Made by a program: the position numbers and the translations under genes. A stretch of 64,000 nucleotides of DNA from Escherichia phage vB_EcoM_WFL6982. Location of the stretch: the sequence record MK373774.1. One strand, given 5' to 3'. The notes under the pieces were generated by a model. It did no database searches. It saw only the letters and a list, made by a program, of their open reading frames with translations, and was not told where the DNA came from. This document shows positions 59,980-64,000 of this stretch, piece after piece. The first letter of the stretch is position 1; each line of letters opens with the position of its first letter.

Positions 59980-60636
59980 ATGGCAGCACCTAGAATATCA
60001 TTTTCGCCCTCTGATATTCTGTTGGGTGTTCTAGATCGCTTGTTCAAAGATAATGCTACCGGGAAAGTTCTTGCTTCCCGGGTAGCTGTCGTAATTCTTT
60101 TGTTTATAATGGCGATTGTTTGGTATAGGGGAGATAGTTTCTTTGAGTACTATAAGCAATCAAAGTATGAAACATACCGTGAAATTATTGAAAAGGAAAG
60201 AAATGCACGCTTTGAATCTGTCGCCCTGGAACAACTCCAGATAGTTCATATATCATCTGAGGCAGACTTTAGTGCGGTGTATTCTTTCCGCCCTAAAAAC
60301 TTAAACTATTTTGTTAATATTATAGCATACGAAGGAAAATTACCTTCAACAATAAGTGAAAAATCACTTGGAGGATATCCTGTTGATAAAACTATGGATG
60401 AATATACAGTTCATTTAAATGGACGTCATTATTATTCCAACTCAAAATTTGCTTTTTTACCAACTAAAAAGCCTACTCCCGAAATAAACTACATGTACAG
60501 TTGTCCATATTTTAATTTGGATAATATCTATGCTGGAACAATAACTATGTACTGGTATAGAAATGATCATATAAGTAATGACCGCCTTGAATCAATATGT
60601 GCTCAGGCGGCCAGAATATTAGGAAGGGCTAAATAA
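59980..60636 (+). CDS. t: Holin T
   Basis: 218 aa; N-terminal TMD VAVVILLFIMAIVW and large periplasmic domain; T4 T-like. Confidence 0.93.
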   Translation: MAAPRISFSPSDILLGVLDRLFKDNATGKVLASRVAVVILLFIMAIVWYRGDSFFEYYKQSKYETYREIIEKERNARFESVALEQLQIVHISSEADFSAVYSFRPKNLNYFVNIIAYEGKLPSTISEKSLGGYPVDKTMDEYTVHLNGRHYYSNSKFAFLPTKKPTPEINYMYSCPYFNLDNIYAGTITMYWYRNDHISNDRLESICAQAARILGRAK

Positions 60637-60909
60637 TTATTTGTTCGTATACATCTCTAGATATCGATATACACTCTCAAACCCCTCGTTGAATTCGTCG
60701 ATGAGGGTTTTCTTATCTTCTTGAGTTAATTCAGAAACAATTTTACGGAATGAATTCTGATTTAATTTTCTACCTTCATGCGTTACTCCAATCTCATTCA
60801 GAAATGCAATAAAATTAGCACGATTTTCAACAATATCTTCTCTGGAAAATTTAATCAAAATAGATGCAACAGTAATAATTTCACGAACTGTATCAATGTT
60901 TTTATTCAT
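60637..60909 (-). CDS. asiA: Anti-sigma-70 factor AsiA
   Basis: 90 aa; MNKNIDTVREIITVASILIKFSREDIVENRANFIAFLNEIG matches T4 AsiA. Confidence 0.93.
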   Translation of the reverse strand: MNKNIDTVREIITVASILIKFSREDIVENRANFIAFLNEIGVTHEGRKLNQNSFRKIVSELTQEDKKTLIDEFNEGFESVYRYLEMYTNK

Positions 60910-60921
60910 TAACTATACCAC

Positions 60922-61074
60922 TCAATTAGTTGACTTTGTTATAATATCATCAGACACTTGATTTGTAAACTGGTCTGTGTTATTTTCTTCAAAAATTTTT
61001 TCTACGAATTCCTTGAACGACTCACGTTCCTGAGCTGCATTATGCTCGATTACCATTTCAAGATTATGACTCAT
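60922..61074 (-). CDS. Hypothetical small protein (asiA.1 position), not in ORF track
   Basis: Manual translation MSHNLEMVIEHNAAQERESFKEFVEKIFEENNTDQFTNQVSDDIITKSTN (50 aa); ATGA overlap with arn stop. Confidence 0.45.
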   Translation of the reverse strand: MSHNLEMVIEHNAAQERESFKEFVEKIFEENNTDQFTNQVSDDIITKSTN

Positions 61075-61349
61075 TCGAAATAATCTTCAATTTCGTAATC
61101 ATGGACATAAATCATTATAGTTTTTAATACATCATCAATACTTTTTCCTGGAGCTGGAATTACGTAAAAATATCCTGCTTTTGAGAGGTCTTTATAAGTT
61201 CCAACCAAGAAATCATTATTCTCGAGATGTAGTTCTTCAACTAATTCATTAACAATTGAGTGGTATAAATTTGGTAGAAACTTATATAGCTTTTCTAGAA
61301 TATCAATTTTGATTGTGTATTGAACCACAGACTGAGAATCAATAATCAT
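61071..61349 (-). CDS. arn: Arn, anti-restriction (McrBC inhibitor)
   Basis: 92 aa; T4 Arn length and position after motA cluster. Confidence 0.8.
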   Translation of the reverse strand: MIIDSQSVVQYTIKIDILEKLYKFLPNLYHSIVNELVEELHLENNDFLVGTYKDLSKAGYFYVIPAPGKSIDDVLKTIMIYVHDYEIEDYFE

Positions 61350-61432
61350 AGACCTTCCCCTTATGTTTCTGTTTGCGATTAGATTCTTTAAACGCTTTCT
61401 TCTTATCTTTATGAACAGAAGCTTTATTAAAA

Positions 61433-61651
61433 TTATGTTTTGCGACTAAATTGTTCATAGTGCTGAATTACCTCTCTCAAACATTTGCATGTGAATGAAA
61501 ACTTTTTAGCTACACCACATTCAAATATATGTTCTCTTAAATCACATGTATCGGTATATCCCATCTCAACAATAAAATGCCGTATTAGATTTTTATCTTT
61601 ATCATTGAGAGAATTAAAATAATCAGATTTTGAATTAATTTCCCTGGCCAA
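61433..61651 (-). CDS. Hypothetical Cys-containing protein (arn.x position)
   Basis: 72 aa ORF. Confidence 0.5.
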   Translation of the reverse strand: MAREINSKSDYFNSLNDKDKNLIRHFIVEMGYTDTCDLREHIFECGVAKKFSFTCKCLREVIQHYEQFSRKT

Positions 61652-61931
61652 ATTGAATCACCTTCAGTTGACGTTTTAGTTCTTTTATCATTTCTTCGTT
61701 CATCGCAATATAAAGATCGCGTAAAGCAGGTTTTAGCATTCCATTTACCGGAGAACTAAATGGGCATACATAATCTTTTCCTACGAGCTTTTTAGTGAAT
61801 TCCATATCACAGAACTGAAATGCCGGTTCATTGGCATAAATTCCCCAATTAGTTGACATCATTTTATTGGCATATTCCAACGCCTGGATTTGATTCATAA
61901 TTCCATCAATTTGAAACTTTTTAATATTCAT
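61635..61931 (-). CDS. Hypothetical protein (arn.x position)
   Basis: 98 aa ORF. Confidence 0.5.
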   Translation of the reverse strand: MNIKKFQIDGIMNQIQALEYANKMMSTNWGIYANEPAFQFCDMEFTKKLVGKDYVCPFSSPVNGMLKPALRDLYIAMNEEMIKELKRQLKVIQFGQGN

Positions 61932-62392
61932 TAATAAAGGTCCTCTGAATAAAGTTCTTTCTCACTTCCACCACGTTCAATACGTACCTGTCCAGCATAT
62001 GTTGCAATAATCATTGCTTCTTCACGCGTCCAGTAATTAGAGTATTGGTCAATAAAACCTTGGTCGTCACCACAAACTTGTTGCGAGACTAATTGAGGAC
62101 CAACTATATCAAGTACTTCAGCCATATCTTTAGAGTAATGACGAACTCCAGGAATAATCAGAGTTCCGCCGCTCTTCAATTTAAACCTATTAGCTGCACA
62201 TACTATAACACGTTGAACTTTTTGGTCATTGTTCCAATAGCACGTTTGCCAACAGATTTCAGGAACTTCATTCATTATATCATCAGCAGAATAATTATAA
62301 CCGTAGGACTGGAATTTTTCTGCTAGACTTTCAGGAGTCTCACGAGACAAGGCCAAATCTAATAGCTCTAAACGTTCTTTAAATGATTTCAT
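61931..62392 (-). CDS. Hypothetical protein, possible nucleotide-binding fold
   Basis: 153 aa; [24 protein letters not shown] segment. Confidence 0.5.
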   Translation of the reverse strand: MKSFKERLELLDLALSRETPESLAEKFQSYGYNYSADDIMNEVPEICWQTCYWNNDQKVQRVIVCAANRFKLKSGGTLIIPGVRHYSKDMAEVLDIVGPQLVSQQVCGDDQGFIDQYSNYWTREEAMIIATYAGQVRIERGGSEKELYSEDLY

Positions 62393-62718
62393 TTAAACCA
62401 TTCCTTAATACGTTGCCAAATAGATTTTTGTGCTTGTTTATTTACACCAATCGAACGAATAACCGGTTGTGATTGCTGATATTCTTTATAATCTTCTTTA
62501 TAGATTTCGTAAGCCGCATCAACAAATGAACTGATCGCTGCCATGTAGTTTTTACGAAGGCCAAATGGCGCATCATTATTTTCACGAATAACCATATATT
62601 GGCCTGCTTTAATCTTTACAATTGTCCCTAAATAAGCCCCGTGGTACCAAATATCCCATCCTTCCTGAGTAGGTTCTGCACATTTACGAAGTTCGTTAAT
62701 AATATTCAGCTTATTCAT
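62389..62718 (-). CDS. Hypothetical protein (motA.1 position)
   Basis: 109 aa ORF coupled to next gene. Confidence 0.5.
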   Translation of the reverse strand: MNKLNIINELRKCAEPTQEGWDIWYHGAYLGTIVKIKAGQYMVIRENNDAPFGLRKNYMAAISSFVDAAYEIYKEDYKEYQQSQPVIRSIGVNKQAQKSIWQRIKEWFK

Positions 62719-62728
62719 TATGTATTCC

Positions 62729-63361
62729 TCACAGTACGTTAGTTACAAGGGTAATGATTTCTTTGGACACATTAGGGAAGTCAATGTAAGTATATTTACC
62801 ACCGATCTTAATCTTAACATCATTTTCAAGAGAAGTAAACAGCTTTGATTCAGTTTCTGACATGTTGTATGCAAAGATTCTAAGAGCGCCATCTCGACGA
62901 ATTTCGATCTGACGAATACCTAGAACTCGTTTTGCAAATCGAACTTCCAAGTTACTACGGTTTTCACCAATTTCCTTAACTTCAACTTTATCTTTAATAT
63001 TTTCAAAAACAAAGTTTGCTAGTTCATGCATTTCAGGAGTAACTCCACGTGCTTTTCTAGTGTTACGTTTCTGAAGAAGTTCTGGAGCATTTTCTTGAGC
63101 AAATAGGTCTGCAGCTTTTTGGATAATATCCATTGCTTCGCCTGTTGCTACAAGTCCATCACCAGATTTTTCGACTAAACCTTTCTTAATCAATACACCA
63201 ATGTTAGAGTTAACAACCGATGCATTGTATTCTGCTTCCAGAGCTTCACGGACATTGGCAGCAGTGGTGAAGTTGTTCTTAATGATATAAACCATTATTG
63301 CAGCAGTTTTTTCATTCAGAACGTTTTCAGAAGCTTTGATGATGTAAGTAACTTTAGACAT
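62729..63361 (-). CDS. motA: Middle transcription activator MotA
   Basis: 210 aa; N-terminus MSKVTYIIKAS... and VNSNIGVLIKKGLVEKSGDGL match T4 MotA. Confidence 0.9.
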   Translation of the reverse strand: MSKVTYIIKASENVLNEKTAAIMVYIIKNNFTTAANVREALEAEYNASVVNSNIGVLIKKGLVEKSGDGLVATGEAMDIIQKAADLFAQENAPELLQKRNTRKARGVTPEMHELANFVFENIKDKVEVKEIGENRSNLEVRFAKRVLGIRQIEIRRDGALRIFAYNMSETESKLFTSLENDVKIKIGGKYTYIDFPNVSKEIITLVTNVL

Positions 63362-63396
63362 TTTATTTCTCCAATTTGGTTGTTTTGTTTTGATAG

Positions 63397-63431
63397 GTCT
63401 ATAATATCATGTTTTAAGCACATGTAAACTG
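63397..63431 (-). promoter_or_regulatory. Early promoter (TTTACA ... ATTATA) for motA
   Basis: Minus strand gtttacatgtgcttaaaacatgatattatag. Confidence 0.5.
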
Positions 63432-63454
63432 TTTTGTGAGAAAAATGCACAAAA

Positions 63455-63470
63455 GGGAGCCGAAGCTCCC
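63455..63470 (-). terminator. Terminator hairpin gggagc-cgaa-gctccc + T-run after gene 52
   Basis: GC stem followed by TTTTGTG on minus strand. Confidence 0.55.
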
Positions 63471-63546
63471 TAATCATGCTTGTCCAACCAATACAGCCAA
63501 ATCACTAGTGCAGCTATTGCACCGAGAAATCCTAAGGCTAGGGCAC

Positions 63547-64000
63547 TCAAAGTGCCTCCAAGTCTTTAGTGTACTCTGTCACAACATCAGTAGACTTCCA
63601 ATACTCATTTTCTTCTTTCTTAGCTTTAGCTTCTTCTGCTAGTTTACGTGCTTCATCGGAAGTGATATGGAAGATGTTAAGTCCTACCAGTTTATCGACA
63701 TGTTCTTTATACATTTCGATTTGTGCTAGCTCTTCAGTCAAAGCTTTACGGGTCTTGCCCTGAATCACAATTTCGCCACTGATAACTTTTTTGATGAAGT
63801 GTGCCTTAGCAAAAGCAAGTTTAAATGCTTTTTCAGATTCAAGGATTTTGTTATCAATACGTTTCTGAACGTAAGTCTTACGGACTTCAACAAAATCTTT
63901 GATTAAGTCCACTACGTTATCGTAGACCGCTAATTTACCCTTTTCATTAATCACTGTGATGTTTTGTGAACGACGTTCGATGAGACTAAAATCTTTCATG
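63547..64000 (-). CDS. 52: DNA topoisomerase II medium subunit gp52, C-terminal part (5' end outside window)
   Basis: Open to window edge; position upstream of motA as in T4. Confidence 0.8.
   Translation of the reverse strand, partial: MKDFSLIERRSQNITVINEKGKLAVYDNVVDLIKDFVEVRKTYVQKRIDNKILESEKAFKLAFAKAHFIKKVISGEIVIQGKTRKALTEELAQIEMYKEHVDKLVGLNIFHITSDEARKLAEEAKAKKEENEYWKSTDVVTEYTKDLEAL

Noticed and set aside
61350-61458. Possible ~39-aa basic micro-ORF between arn and the 72-aa ORF
   Set aside because: Overlaps both neighbouring ORFs in different frames and lacks a clear RBS; insufficient evidence
63436-63642. 68-aa plus-strand ORF and ~55-aa minus-strand ORF in the motA-52 spacer
   Set aside because: Both run across the terminator hairpin and early promoter; low-complexity translation; no RBS

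Overview
The window reads as a contiguous ~64 kb segment of a T4-like (T-even, Tequatrovirus-type) myovirus genome, running from the 3' part of tail sheath gene 18 to the 3' part of topoisomerase gene 52. All calls are from reading the translated ORFs and DNA motifs by eye against remembered T4 proteins; no database search was run. Plus-strand late blocks: 18-19-20-67-68-21-22-23, 24, uvsW, 51-27-28-29-48-54, and 34-35-36-37-38-t. Minus-strand early/middle blocks: rnlB to inh; uvsY-25-26; alt-30-30.x-rIII-31-cd-pseT-spanins-alc-rnlA-denA-nrdB-nrdA-td-frd-32-59-33-dsbA-rnh; asiA-arn-motA-52. Regulatory grammar is T4-like: TATAAATA late promoters, GTTTAC-type early promoters and MotA-box middle promoters on the minus strand, and GC-rich tetraloop hairpin terminators. 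No rRNA, tRNA or CRISPR array was found. Main departures from the canonical T4 gene set: (1) an intact class I-alpha DAHP synthase (AroG/AroF-like, N-terminally short) inserted between cd and the cd-pseT ORFan cluster, the most interesting candidate; (2) a group I intron in nrdB carrying a full-length HNH endonuclease (I-TevIII-like), with an intronless td; (3) a free-standing HNH/NUMOD endonuclease overlapping the nrdA start; (4) a one-Ig-domain mini-Hoc; (5) an unknown early ORF antisense between genes 23 and 24 where T4 has segD; (6) a T2-type host-recognition module (gp37 with C-terminal self-cleaving chaperone domain plus glycine-rich gp38 adhesin); (7) repeated early-promoter/leader cassettes flanking ORFans. 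Several ORF-track start codons were moved to internal Met codons and three ORFs under 60 aa were added.
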